A DNA stretch of 64,000 nucleotides from Nitrososphaerota archaeon (GCA_011605725.1 JAAOZP010000017.1:288001-352000), one strand, 5' to 3'; positions 45,605 to 56,056 are shown, counted from the stretch's first letter. The notes: a model not told the origin generated them from the sequence alone. Numbers and translations: made by a program.

Positions 45605-47038
45605 ATGGAGGATATTGTTGAACTCTCGAGAAAGATTCTTGACTACGCTGTTGCAGCAGGCGCCTCCTACGCTGAAGCCAGGTTCCATAGCGATTCCGAC
45701 AGCGGTGTAGCCCTGAAAAACGGCGAAGTCGAGGCTGTTGAGGCAAGCTATGAGGTGGGGATAGGAGTCAGGGTTCTGGTTAACGGTGGACTCGGCTTCG
45801 CTTCAACCAACATGCTTAAACCGGAAAACCTCACCAGGGTTGTGGATAAAGCGGTTAAAATGGCACGTGCATCCTCATACTTGAAGTCGAGCAGAATATG
45901 TTTCTCGAAAGATGAGGCTTACTCGGTTGACTGGAGGGTTTCCGAGAAGAAAAGGCTTGAAGACTGGTCTTTAAACGACAAGATCGACTTTCTGAAAAAC
46001 CTGGATAAGGCTGTGATAAGCCAGGGGGTTAATGTTTCATCCAGATACATGGGATACTCTGAAAGGAGGACCCGGAGAGTTTACGCGAACACGGAGGACG
46101 CACTGGTCTCCGCACTGGTTCCACGCCCATCGTTTTTCGCGCTGATAACCGTGGCAGACCCTTCTAAAGGAGTTATACAGAGGACTCTTCAATTCGGGGG
46201 ATCAGGCGGCATGGAGATCGTTGAGTCCTGGAGGCTTGAGGAGAAACTTGGTTCCGAGGTTAAGACCCTTCACAAGATGCTTACAGAATCCGTCAGAACC
46301 CCGGAGGGAGTTATGGATGTTGTAGTGGGCAGCGAGGTCGCGGGAATAATTTCTCACGAGGCTTCGGGACACCCTGGGGAAGCAGATAGGATATTTGGAA
46401 GAGAAGGAGCTCAGGCTGGCGAATCATACTTGAAAGCAGAAGACTTGGGCAGGAAAATAGGGAGCGAGGCTGTTAACGTGGTTGACGACCCAACTATACC
46501 AGGATCATACGGTTTCTATCTTTTCGACGATGAGGGTGTTAAAGCAAGGAGGAAATTCTTGATCAAGGAGGGGAGAATAAGCGAGTTTCTCATGAACAGG
46601 GAGACAGCTGCGAAGCTTGGCGTTAAGAGTAATGGTTCAGCCAGAGCCTCAAGATACAGCGTTGAGTCGATAGTTAGAATGTCTAACACGTTCATTCTTC
46701 CTGGCGACCATAGTCTTGAAGAGCTTTTAAGCGGCGTTGCTAAGGGTGTTTACGTGAAAAGCTTCATGGAGTGGAACATCGATGACAAAAGGTGGAACCA
46801 GCGGTACGTGGGTCTGGAAGCCTATATGATAGAGGACGGTAGGATAACTAGGCCCGTGAGAAACCCTGTGATAGAGATAACTACTGAGAAGCTTTTCTCA
46901 AGCGTGGACGCGGTTGGGAAGGATTTGGATTTCGTCGCAGCGACCTGCGGCAAGGGAGACCCGATGCAGGGCATGCCAGTATACATGGGTGGGCCGAGCT
47001 TCAGGATGCGGAACATCATGGTGAAGGGGGTTGGTTAA
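45605..47038 (+). CDS. tldD: TldD-family metalloprotease
   Basis: HEASGHPGEAD, FDDEG, RMSNT, CGKGDP.Q. Confidence 0.93.
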   Translation: MEDIVELSRKILDYAVAAGASYAEARFHSDSDSGVALKNGEVEAVEASYEVGIGVRVLVNGGLGFASTNMLKPENLTRVVDKAVKMARASSYLKSSRICFSKDEAYSVDWRVSEKKRLEDWSLNDKIDFLKNLDKAVISQGVNVSSRYMGYSERRTRRVYANTEDALVSALVPRPSFFALITVADPSKGVIQRTLQFGGSGGMEIVESWRLEEKLGSEVKTLHKMLTESVRTPEGVMDVVVGSEVAGIISHEASGHPGEADRIFGREGAQAGESYLKAEDLGRKIGSEAVNVVDDPTIPGSYGFYLFDDEGVKARRKFLIKEGRISEFLMNRETAAKLGVKSNGSARASRYSVESIVRMSNTFILPGDHSLEELLSGVAKGVYVKSFMEWNIDDKRWNQRYVGLEAYMIEDGRITRPVRNPVIEITTEKLFSSVDAVGKDLDFVAATCGKGDPMQGMPVYMGGPSFRMRNIMVKGVG

Positions 47039-47040
47039 AA

Positions 47041-48369
47041 ATGGCTGAGCTGCATGAGAAGGCTTTGAAAATGCTTACCGACAGGGGTGTTGAAGAAGCC
47101 ATAGTGACTCTTTACGAGTCTGAAGAAAGCTCCGTGAGATATGCTAACAACGAGCCTACCATAGCTCTTTCAGAAGACATCAGTACCTTGAGGATATATA
47201 GCAGCATTAAGGAAAGGTGTTTCATAGGGAGCTTTGAAAACGTGTCTGAGGATTTTCTGGAGAAAATTGTCGACGACGTGGTTACACTTACTAAAAACAC
47301 TCCCCCAACGCCTTTCTACGCCCCTCTTCCAAGAGGAGTATTCAACTATAGGGTTGGAAAAAGGGTGGAAAGGCGGATTAGGCAGCTTGACGAGCAGCTG
47401 GTTTCACATGTTTCAGAAGCCATCAGGGCTAGCAGGGAGGCTGGTGCAGAAAGAAGCGCGGGAATCCTCTACTCAAGCCACATGGTTGAGAAACTCGCGT
47501 CTTCAACCGGCTTAAGCCTTCAAGAAGAGTTTGCATCCATCACGCTTAACCACCGTGCCTTCGCCAGCCCTGAGGCAACGGGACAATGGGTCTCATGCTC
47601 CACAAGCCTCGAAGGCTTCAACCCTTACGAAGCAGGTAGGAAGGCAGGGGAAATAGCTGTTGCAAGCCTTAACCCAGTTCTCATAGATGAGGGGACTTAC
47701 GACGTCTACATGGGGCCCTTAATATTCGCAAACATGATGAGCGAGGTTGCTGGCTTCGCCTCAGGCTTCCTCATTCAGATAGAAATGAGCTTCATGACGG
47801 GAAAGATCGGGCAGAGAATCGGCTCTGAGAAACTAACTATACGCGACGACCCCACGATGCCAGGCGGGCTCGGCGAAAAGATTTTCGACGACGAGGGCAT
47901 ACCGACTCAGAGAACAATCATAATTGAAAAAGGTGTTTTAAGAAACTACTTGCACAACAGCAGGACAGCTAGGCTTGCTGGAGCATCTTCAACAGGCAAC
48001 GCTGGAATAATAAGCCCCCACCCCTGGAACATCGTTGTCGAACCCGGAAACGTTAAGGAAGAAAACATGATGCAGAAGCTGGGAAAAGGGCTATACTTGA
48101 CGAACAGTTGGTACCAAAGGTATCAAAACTACAAGACTGGGGACTTTTCAACCATCGTGAGGGATGGAGCGTTCTACGTGGAGGATGGGGAGGTTAAGCA
48201 TTCGGTTAAGGGTATTCGGATAAGCGACAATCTTCAGAGAATCATCTCAAACATTGAGGAACTCTCCGACAGGCTTTATCCTATAAAATGGTGGGAGGTG
48301 ACTACTCCCACGTATGTTCCGACAGCAATCATCAGGAACGTTAGGATAACCAAGGCCTTCGGCTACTAG
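47041..48369 (+). CDS. PmbA/TldE-family protein
   Basis: Follows tldD; FDDEG, STGNAG, GDFS; no HExxxH. Confidence 0.9.
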   Translation: MAELHEKALKMLTDRGVEEAIVTLYESEESSVRYANNEPTIALSEDISTLRIYSSIKERCFIGSFENVSEDFLEKIVDDVVTLTKNTPPTPFYAPLPRGVFNYRVGKRVERRIRQLDEQLVSHVSEAIRASREAGAERSAGILYSSHMVEKLASSTGLSLQEEFASITLNHRAFASPEATGQWVSCSTSLEGFNPYEAGRKAGEIAVASLNPVLIDEGTYDVYMGPLIFANMMSEVAGFASGFLIQIEMSFMTGKIGQRIGSEKLTIRDDPTMPGGLGEKIFDDEGIPTQRTIIIEKGVLRNYLHNSRTARLAGASSTGNAGIISPHPWNIVVEPGNVKEENMMQKLGKGLYLTNSWYQRYQNYKTGDFSTIVRDGAFYVEDGEVKHSVKGIRISDNLQRIISNIEELSDRLYPIKWWEVTTPTYVPTAIIRNVRITKAFGY

Positions 48370-48370
48370 T

Positions 48371-48919
48371 TCAGACTTCAACACCTTCAAGACCCATTTC
48401 CATTTTCTCGCGAATTTTTTCCTGCAAAGCCCATAAGCTCCATCTCCTCTCCTCCAGCTCCCGCTTCCTTTCTTCTGGTGGAACCAGTCGATATTCCCAG
48501 CATCCTCCTAACGCGGAGGATGTCACTACACAATCCCTCTCCGCCTCGTATAAGGCGCGTTTCACCTCTCTAGCAGATAGGCCAATGCTAATCAAATCTT
48601 TCCTCAGTTCATCCTCAAGAAGCCTATCGGTACACCTCTTCAGGAATATATCTTCAACAGCCTTCTCAAGTCGTTGAGTCTCCTGCTTCTCCTCCTTTCT
48701 TTTCTCCGGAGAAATCCAGTGATATGACGACCATGTTTCATAGTTGATAGTGATCAGTTTCCTCCTCTCTGCTTCATCGATTACATCGTCAACGTCATCA
48801 GCAGCTACACCCTTCTCTTCCAACTTTCTCTTCAGTTCACAATCCGTCATTACCTTTACCCTCCCGTCTTTGAAAATCGATCCGACTATCGAAGGAGCCG
48901 ACCGGATGCCGCACGCCAT
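48371..48919 (-). CDS. Hypothetical protein with duplicated wHTH-like repeat (possibly frameshifted; SD-linked ATG at 48984)
   Basis: Two similar units EL...L...G....V...I/L.EAER...W.Y....PE.RK.E. Confidence 0.6.
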   Translation of the reverse strand: MACGIRSAPSIVGSIFKDGRVKVMTDCELKRKLEEKGVAADDVDDVIDEAERRKLITINYETWSSYHWISPEKRKEEKQETQRLEKAVEDIFLKRCTDRLLEDELRKDLISIGLSAREVKRALYEAERDCVVTSSALGGCWEYRLVPPEERKRELEERRWSLWALQEKIREKMEMGLEGVEV

Positions 48920-49350
48920 CTTTTAATGATCTCTTTCTCATTTAGCTCTTCCGTAGGCTTTGCCTTTTTACGTCTCTTAGTCATGTCTCCTACCCTTGTC
49001 TAGACCGAACCTTCTTATAACTTTCTCGTAATCCTCTTTATGGGTGATTCTAGCGCCCGCTCCAAAAGAGAGTGAAGCTCGGAAGCTTGTCTGCCTTTGG
49101 TGGCGAGTAGTACTTGGATTTGGTACAGTCAGAAGTATAAACGCAGGTTTTGCAACTAACTGTTAGATCCTTTAACCTCGCCTTTAGAAATGCACAGGTT
49201 AACCAGACAGATATTGCTTCTTGAGGAAGTATAACCGCCGCATAGATGGTATAGTTCACAATCCCTACATAACTTTCCACATTGCTGAACCTCGCCCATT
49301 GGTTTGCAGTATAATGTGACAGCTATTTAACCGAAGCGCTCAGCCATTAG

Positions 49351-50469
49351 CTAGATCAACCCGGCTATTATCGCAACGCCTACTATTAAGAGCAGGACGC
49401 CTGCCAGAAGCCTCATGTATCTCCTCTTCTCAATCCTCCAAGCGTCAATCTCAATAACGCTTCTGCCAAAGTACACTATTAGGAGTATCGCTGCGAGCGG
49501 TAGGATGAATATCAGATTGTAAAGGAGGAGTAGGAGAAAGACTTCAAGCGTCAAGCCTATTTTAGAAAGCAGGTATAGTATTGTTATGTATATTCCACCC
49601 GTGCACGGGAGTTCAACCATCGAGACAGCCATGCCGACTAGGAATCCTCCGCCAATGCTCATCGTCTCCGAATACTTGCCTAGGATTCTGGTTAGGGCCC
49701 CGGGCTGCTCAAGGCTTAAGCCCCTTCCGTAGTAGAAGAACTCTTTAAACTCTAGAATGCTGAACAGGATGGCTGCTGAACCCACGATGTAGCGTAGCAG
49801 GCTTCTGAACGAGGCTGTGCTAATTACGTACAGCAAGCCTATTCCTGCAGCCAGGTAGGACGCCATAACGCCTATGATGAAGGCTCCGCAAGTAGTCAGC
49901 ATTCTCCTCGACGAGCCTGCTTGAAGAGAGTATGTGATGAGTAGAACAATCGTCGCGAATGCGCACGGGTTCAACGAGTCTATGAAGGCCGCGACGACCA
50001 CGCTGACCAGTGAAGGCAGAGTTACGGTAGGCTTATGCTGCTCAATAAAAGCCGTTATTATTTCCCCAGCCTTGTCGCGGTATTCACGGCCATGGCTATA
50101 CTCAAGAATTGCCTCCTCAAGATTTTGAACGATCTCCTTCTCTCCAACCAGACACGTGTCTCCTATGAAGACTGTCGGAACCTCGCGAAGCTCCTCCGTT
50201 ATGTTGAAGCCTTCGGCGAGAGCAATGAATAACTCTATACCCGTATCATTATTAGAGATGTCGAACCTTTTGAAAATCACTTCAGGATATCTCGTCTTAA
50301 TGCTGCTGATATAGTTTTCAACCCTAGCGCAATGCTCACACCCCTCAACGACAAAGAAGTAGACAGTTATGGTTTGAGGCGAAGCGAGGACTATTAGGCG
50401 AGCAGCCAATAGTAGAGTCATTAAAACAGTCAGAAGCACCGGAGGATTTAGAGAGGAGGAACGGGTCAA
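49351..50469 (-). CDS. Glutaredoxin-CcdA fusion (cytochrome c biogenesis/thiol-disulfide transporter)
   Basis: CEHC thioredoxin motif, VPTVFIG, DSLNPCAF, VELPCTGG, YNLIFILP. Confidence 0.88.
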   Translation of the reverse strand: MTRSSSLNPPVLLTVLMTLLLAARLIVLASPQTITVYFFVVEGCEHCARVENYISSIKTRYPEVIFKRFDISNNDTGIELFIALAEGFNITEELREVPTVFIGDTCLVGEKEIVQNLEEAILEYSHGREYRDKAGEIITAFIEQHKPTVTLPSLVSVVVAAFIDSLNPCAFATIVLLITYSLQAGSSRRMLTTCGAFIIGVMASYLAAGIGLLYVISTASFRSLLRYIVGSAAILFSILEFKEFFYYGRGLSLEQPGALTRILGKYSETMSIGGGFLVGMAVSMVELPCTGGIYITILYLLSKIGLTLEVFLLLLLYNLIFILPLAAILLIVYFGRSVIEIDAWRIEKRRYMRLLAGVLLLIVGVAIIAGLI

Positions 50470-50480
50470 GATTAGGACCC

Positions 50481-51368
50481 TTATTTTAAAACGAATGTTC
50501 TAGTCACGTTTAGGCTAAACGTGTTGCATCGAATAACGCATGAAAGATTGTTCAGCCCGGTTGAAATCCCGTAGCAAGGCGAGCATGGAATATCAATAAT
50601 GAATGATTTAGAGTTAAAGCCTTTTTCAACATTAATCTGTAGAACTCCCGACGGGTTAATCCATTTGTTGTTCACAACATACCCTTTGTAACGACTCTTA
50701 AAGCCGAATATTTCAATATTGATGCTGCCGAGCTTCCGGCTGCTGAGCACAATTATCGTAAAGTTAACCTCGCCTTCAGACAACTGGTATTCTTCTCTAT
50801 CGGTTAGAGCAGAGAGAACAACCGTCAAGCCTTCTTGAGAATAGAGACTGGTGGCGTAGGAGTTAAGCCTTGAGAGATACTTATTAGCGCCTTCAACCGT
50901 TCCTATAATCTCTAAACATGTTTCAGCCAAGCTACGGTTTATAAGCCAGTAGGAGAAGAATTCTGAAACGCTTTGGTTATAACTGTTTCCATCAGCCATG
51001 TAGCTATACTTGCCGTCGAAGAGAAAAGCACTATCGAAGTCGGTCGTGTTAGCAAGCTTCATCAGTTTATGGATTCTTTCAAACCTCTGCTGCTCACGCA
51101 AATACTGAGTATAGTCTAGACTATTGTTTAGCAGCCAGTGTGAGAAGAAGTCTAGGACACTCTGGTTATATTTTCCATCAGAAGCAAGATAGCTATATTT
51201 CTCGTCGAACAGGGAAGCCTTAGCGTAATCAGTAGTGTTAGCGTACTTCATAAGAGAGGAAATCCTCTCGGAGCGTGAACGATACTCAGCATAGAACTGG
51301 TAGCCGAAATAACCGCCTATGATAAATACGATTAAAAATACCGACGCGATTCCAACTCCATGCCGCAT
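50481..51368 (-). CDS. Membrane-anchored hypothetical protein with tandem ~60-aa repeat
   Basis: LMKYANTTDY...FDEKYSY...YNQSV..FFSHWL repeated as LMKLANTTDF...FDGKYSY...YNQSV..FFSYWL. Confidence 0.75.
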   Translation of the reverse strand: MRHGVGIASVFLIVFIIGGYFGYQFYAEYRSRSERISSLMKYANTTDYAKASLFDEKYSYLASDGKYNQSVLDFFSHWLLNNSLDYTQYLREQQRFERIHKLMKLANTTDFDSAFLFDGKYSYMADGNSYNQSVSEFFSYWLINRSLAETCLEIIGTVEGANKYLSRLNSYATSLYSQEGLTVVLSALTDREEYQLSEGEVNFTIIVLSSRKLGSINIEIFGFKSRYKGYVVNNKWINPSGVLQINVEKGFNSKSFIIDIPCSPCYGISTGLNNLSCVIRCNTFSLNVTRTFVLK

Positions 51369-51518
51369 TCCTTTCCTAAACGTATTCTCCAGAATTATAA
51401 ACTTTTCAACATCTAGACGCTTGCGTCAAAACGAGTGATACGCCGTTAAGCCAAACGGAGCATGCTGGTTTAAAGCGAGAGCACATTAATGAGGCGCCGA
51501 GTCAAGCTTAAATAGCAG

Positions 51519-52097
51519 ATGGTTAAAATGTCCAAGTCTGGAATGTCATATGTTCAGCCAAGACTCCTAGCTAAGAGGGCCGCCTCGCTAGCCGTATTAG
51601 CGGCCCTAGCGATCTCCTCAAACTATGTCCTGATAAGCCTGCCGAATGTTAAGCTTATGGATGCAATAGTTTTCGCGTCAAGCATGGCTATGGGTTTAAG
51701 GTTTGGAGCAGCATTATCAATACTCATATGGATGGTCTACGGGACCTTGAACCCCTATGGGCTTAATCTGCCGACGCTAATAGTTGTTACTCTAAGCGAA
51801 ATGATATACGTATTATTCTCCAAAATACCACCAGCATTAGGATTCAAGACTGCTAAAGCAAACATTCACAATTCTTTAATACTTGCTTCAATAGGGCTTT
51901 TCTCAACCCTAATATACGATCTTTCCACAAACGCTTTCGTAGGGTACTTGTTCTACGGATCTGTTTTAATGGGGCTGGTTACGATGAACTTCCCCATCCC
52001 CATGGGTATTATCCATGAGTTCTCAAACGCATTATTCTTTCCGATTGCTGTGCCAGTCATATACAGGGTTTTGAAAAACAATAATACTGCTGCTTAA
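51519..52097 (+). CDS. ECF transporter S component
   Basis: LPNVKLMDAIVF, NPYG, about 6 TM. Confidence 0.75.
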   Translation: MVKMSKSGMSYVQPRLLAKRAASLAVLAALAISSNYVLISLPNVKLMDAIVFASSMAMGLRFGAALSILIWMVYGTLNPYGLNLPTLIVVTLSEMIYVLFSKIPPALGFKTAKANIHNSLILASIGLFSTLIYDLSTNAFVGYLFYGSVLMGLVTMNFPIPMGIIHEFSNALFFPIAVPVIYRVLKNNNTAA

Positions 52098-52266
52098 GTC
52101 GGCTTATGCTGTGAAAAAACTTCACACGTACTCAGATAAGCAGGTTTGCCTTTGACCACCTTTTAATGCTTCACATAGTCCTCTCCGAAAAAGAACGACC
52201 TTCCAGTCCTAAGACAAGGGCATCAACTCCCAGGGAGAGTCGGAGGAGAAAGGGATGAAAGATGGC

Positions 52267-52450
52267 TTAACCGAGTTCTAGCTCTGCTAATACTCTTTCC
52301 TTGAACTTCTTATAATCCTCATTCTCATCGTACAATCTACATATCTTGTATGCGGCGCGAACCGCTCAATCCTCTTTACTATCTCTTCGAACTTCTGGTC
52401 CTCATTCATACCTTTAGAGTCGAATGCCAAGCAGAAATATGTAGCGCGCG
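52267..52450 (-). pseudogene. C-terminal gene fragment (family X), frameshifted
   Basis: RATYFCLAF...KFEEIVKRIE/VRAAYKICR...; paralogous to 21189-21387. Confidence 0.6.
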
Positions 52451-52670
52451 TGCTGTTACTCTTGCAAACGAGACGAACAGTGTTCCAATCCTGTGCTCGC
52501 CGAACAGAACTTCAATATTAATCCAGCGTGCGATAGCTTGACTACTCGACGTGGTAGTGCACAATACCATGAATGATGAAAGCCGCTTAACGTGTTAATG
52601 GAAACGATGTTACAGTAAGGTTTAAATAAGGGTTGGATAAATTGACCAACAATATGGAGGGAACGGCAAT

Positions 52671-53165
52671 ATGTCTCAGGCTGCATACTCCAAAAGGTTT
52701 TTGATAATTGTAGTCATCGTCTTCGCATCATTACTCGTTGGAGAAACCTCTTACCTAGTTGGCCTTAGGAGACAGTTGGATATGCTTACGGAGGAGATGG
52801 AGACCCTAGCTAGGAACGTTGAAACAATTACTCTGAAAGTAAGCCTTCTCGTGAAGTATGACAATGGTACCAAGATTTGGTTTAACAATACTCTTGTTCC
52901 AGTCGGCTGGACCCTGTTAAATCTGACTATTTATGCTCTAGGGGGAAACGTGGATTATCAAGTGTATCCTTTCGGTGTTTTCGTCACGGGGATAAACGGT
53001 GTGAGCCAGCATGGGAATTACTACTGGTTCTGGTACAGGTGGGATCCGGAGACGCGGGACTGGGTTCTCGGAGAAACAGGTGCAGACGCGTATGTTCTTA
53101 AGCGTGGCGATGTATTAGCATGGTACTTGGCGGATACTAGCAGTTGGCCTCCTGGTAAGCCTTAA
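52671..53165 (+). CDS. DUF4430-domain (transcobalamin C-terminal-like) membrane-anchored protein
   Basis: FGVFVTGINGV...YWFWY...GADAYVLKRGDVLAWY. Confidence 0.8.
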   Translation: MSQAAYSKRFLIIVVIVFASLLVGETSYLVGLRRQLDMLTEEMETLARNVETITLKVSLLVKYDNGTKIWFNNTLVPVGWTLLNLTIYALGGNVDYQVYPFGVFVTGINGVSQHGNYYWFWYRWDPETRDWVLGETGADAYVLKRGDVLAWYLADTSSWPPGKP

Positions 53166-53185
53166 CGTTTTTCTACAGGATCCGT

Positions 53186-53815
53186 ATGTCTATAACTGGT
53201 TTGACCGCGCTGGAGTCTTTGAAAAAGCTTGTTCAAGAGTGTATGGAACATCCTAAGGACTACACTCCTGGCCATGTTCTGCTGACCATTATCCAAACTG
53301 GAGAAGGCTCTGTTTCAAGGGCTAAGCTTCAAAAGCTGCTTGGCTTAGGCGATGGCTCTGTGAGAAGCATGGTTAAATGCATGAAGAAACATGGCTTAAT
53401 CCATACTTCGGCCAGCGGCAGCAGGCTAACCGGTAGGGGGATGAGGATTCTTAGACAAGTGAGGCTTCATGTTCCAGATTTGAGGAAAACCGGTTTAGAC
53501 TACCTATCTGTCGGAAGGGTCAACTATGCGGCTGTGTTGAGAGGCATTGAGCCTCCTGACGTTTTGAAGACTAGGGACATGGCTGTTAGGCTTGGGGGAA
53601 GCGGGGCAGTGCTTCTAACCGTTAGGGAGAAAAGTCTTGAAATACCATGTGTTGCAGAGGATCTTAGAAGCGTCTCGGTGAAAGACCATGAGGAACTTAG
53701 CAAAATGAGCCTTAAAGAAAAGGATTTCATACTTATTGTGGGCGGTGACGATGATTGTTCAGCCTTGAGAGCCTTAGGGTCAATACTTCTAGAGCTGCTC
53801 GTGCGTCAAGCTTAA
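53186..53815 (+). CDS. wHTH-domain protein (DUF2111/DUF4443-like)
   Basis: SRAKLQKLLGLGDGSVRS...LTGRG; RDMAVRLGGSGA. Confidence 0.7.
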   Translation: MSITGLTALESLKKLVQECMEHPKDYTPGHVLLTIIQTGEGSVSRAKLQKLLGLGDGSVRSMVKCMKKHGLIHTSASGSRLTGRGMRILRQVRLHVPDLRKTGLDYLSVGRVNYAAVLRGIEPPDVLKTRDMAVRLGGSGAVLLTVREKSLEIPCVAEDLRSVSVKDHEELSKMSLKEKDFILIVGGDDDCSALRALGSILLELLVRQA

Positions 53816-53842
53816 ATCCGAGTGTAGAACATTAGCATCAGG

Positions 53843-54685
53843 TTGACAATAGCCGTTTTAACGCATAAGCCATCTTCATACTCATCCATACGCCTTATGG
53901 AGGAAGCAAGCAGGCTGGGTGTCGGCTGCCACTTAGTCTCGTTCAGCGAAACTGCGCTTATTTTGAAGAAGGGTGTTGTCGAGCTGAGGATCCTCCAGGA
54001 TAAGGGTGTTAGAAGAGTGTTTTCAAGGCCAAAAACCCTGTTAAGCCCCGTCTTTCTGTACGCACTCTCCATAACCAGGATCCTGGAGGAAGAGGGTTTC
54101 TACGTGGTTAACCCGTTTAAAGGCTTCATGAATACTTTGGACAAGATGATCACCTACAGGAACCTATGTTTGAAGAGACTCCCGGTACCTGATTCTTTCT
54201 TCACGTCCTCGCAGGAAAGCGTTAGAGAAAAATCGCCACCCTTCTTCTTAAAGCCGATATACGGCTCAAGGGGTAGGGGAGTCAAGCTTGTTGAAAGCCT
54301 GAAAACTTTTCCCAGCCTTGAAGCTCATGGGGCCTGGGTGGTTCAAGCCCCAGCTAAAGACTCGAATTGGGACCTAAGGCTGCTCGTCTTAGAAAACCAT
54401 GTGCTAGCAGCGATTAAAAGGGTTTCAAACAAGCCTGTTACAAACATATCTCAAGGAGGCTTTGGAGAAGCTTTTGAAGGAGACGGGGAGCTTGCGGAGC
54501 TCGCAGTCAAGGCTTCCGAGGCTTTAAGCTGTGTTTTTGCGGGCATCGACATATCTTTCAAGAATGGTGAAGCTTTTATACTTGACGTTAACCCTCAACC
54601 AGATTTCATGGGCGTGGAGAAAGCTACTGGAGTGAACGTGGCTCGAGAGATAATCCGCCACATGCTTTCCAAGGCAGGAGAATAG
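53843..54685 (+). CDS. RimK/LysX/CofF-family ATP-grasp ligase
   Basis: DKMITY, LKPIYGSRGRGV, DLRLLV, TNISQGG, AGID, DVNPQP. Confidence 0.88.
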   Translation: MTIAVLTHKPSSYSSIRLMEEASRLGVGCHLVSFSETALILKKGVVELRILQDKGVRRVFSRPKTLLSPVFLYALSITRILEEEGFYVVNPFKGFMNTLDKMITYRNLCLKRLPVPDSFFTSSQESVREKSPPFFLKPIYGSRGRGVKLVESLKTFPSLEAHGAWVVQAPAKDSNWDLRLLVLENHVLAAIKRVSNKPVTNISQGGFGEAFEGDGELAELAVKASEALSCVFAGIDISFKNGEAFILDVNPQPDFMGVEKATGVNVAREIIRHMLSKAGE

Positions 54686-54687
54686 TC

Positions 54688-55308
54688 TTGAGAACCACTG
54701 GCCTGGTTATAGCGCTTGGACACGGAAGGGAGGGGTTCGTGGAGCTGAGCCAGCTTGAAGGATTCCCTGTTTTCCTCCATGTTGTCAGGAACATTGGAGA
54801 AGTGGTGGAGGAAGTAGCCCTGGCGGTGGCTAAGGATTTTCAAAACGTTTTTGCCCAGGCTGTTTCGGAATACGGCTTCGAAGAATGCAGCATCCTAGGC
54901 TTAAACAATACTGAAGACTTGTTCAGCACTTTTAAAGAATGCTTGCAGAAGGTTTCGGGAGAGGTTGTTGTCACAGCCCCGGCTAACGCTCCCCTCATAC
55001 CTGTCGACATACTTGCCCTTCTAGTGGAGCTCTGCGAGAAAAGAGATGCTGTGCTGGTTAGGGATGTGAAAGGAGGGGTTGACTGGCTCCTGTCAGCCTA
55101 TAACAGGCGTAGCTTTATGGATCTTGTTGAAGCAAGGAGACCAGCCGGCTTCGAAGAACTCGTAGACGGGTTGAGGAGAGTCATGTATATAGCTCACTCC
55201 GGTTTAAAGGATATTGACCCTCTGCTTCTCACGAATATTAGGGTTACTCGTGCTTCAGACATACCTTTCATAGAGAAGCTCCTTAAAGGGGTCAGAAGGG
55301 GGCGTTGA
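54688..55308 (+). CDS. MobA-like NTP transferase (divergent)
   Basis: Overall fold resemblance (PANAPLI, LLSAYNR, IDPLLLTNIRV); canonical LAGG motif eroded. Confidence 0.55.
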   Translation: MRTTGLVIALGHGREGFVELSQLEGFPVFLHVVRNIGEVVEEVALAVAKDFQNVFAQAVSEYGFEECSILGLNNTEDLFSTFKECLQKVSGEVVVTAPANAPLIPVDILALLVELCEKRDAVLVRDVKGGVDWLLSAYNRRSFMDLVEARRPAGFEELVDGLRRVMYIAHSGLKDIDPLLLTNIRVTRASDIPFIEKLLKGVRRGR

Positions 55309-55309
55309 G

Positions 55310-56056
55310 ATGATCAGGATATTCGGGATAAAGTATGACGGCTTCATTAAGAAGGGTGATAACCTTGCTAAAATAACCATAGAGTCACTCCGGAAAGACG
55401 GTGTGCAGGTTGAGAATGGAGACGTGGTTACGCTCACGCATGTCGCGGTTTCAAAAGCAATGGGCTACACGGTTAGGATTAGCGAAGTCAAGCCCAGCCC
55501 CTTGGCGGTAGCGCTTGCAGACAGGCTTTGCAAGCCGCCGGAGGAGGTTGAAATAATACTTAGAGAGAGCAGGGAGATAGTTAGGCTTTCGGGAAGAAGA
55601 ATAATAACTAGAAACAGGGGTGGAATAGTTTGCGCCAATTCAGGCATAGACCTATCTAATGTTGACGGCGGCTTAAGCATGGCTTTTCAACCGAGAAACC
55701 CAGACAGGATCGCTAGGAGGATAAGGAGGCAGTTTCTCGATGAGAATATTGACGTCGGGGTAATAATAACCGACTCTTTTGAAAGACCATTCAGAATAGG
55801 GCAGGTCAACATGGCTATAGGATGCTCAGGAATAGCTCCTATTAAGGATCTTAGGGGTAAGACAGACCTCTTCGGGTATGTTTTAAGGTTTAAAAGAATG
55901 GCGATTGTTGATGAGCTTGCTGCTGCGAGCGAGCTTGTAACAGGCAGTTCTTCAGAAGGCTTCATAGGAGCGTTAATAAAAGGATACTGCTATGAACGCT
56001 CGGATGAGGGTATTAAAAGTATTCTGAGAAGTAGGAAAACAGACTTATTCCTTTAA
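55310..56056 (+). CDS. cofE: Coenzyme F420:gamma-glutamate ligase
   Basis: VSKAMG, CANSGIDLSNV, IITDSFERPFRIG, DLRGKTDLFG, DELAAA. Confidence 0.9.
   Translation: MIRIFGIKYDGFIKKGDNLAKITIESLRKDGVQVENGDVVTLTHVAVSKAMGYTVRISEVKPSPLAVALADRLCKPPEEVEIILRESREIVRLSGRRIITRNRGGIVCANSGIDLSNVDGGLSMAFQPRNPDRIARRIRRQFLDENIDVGVIITDSFERPFRIGQVNMAIGCSGIAPIKDLRGKTDLFGYVLRFKRMAIVDELAAASELVTGSSSEGFIGALIKGYCYERSDEGIKSILRSRKTDLFL

Noticed and set aside
52570-52620. C/D-box sRNA (ATGATGA)
   Set aside because: No CTGA D box at the expected distance
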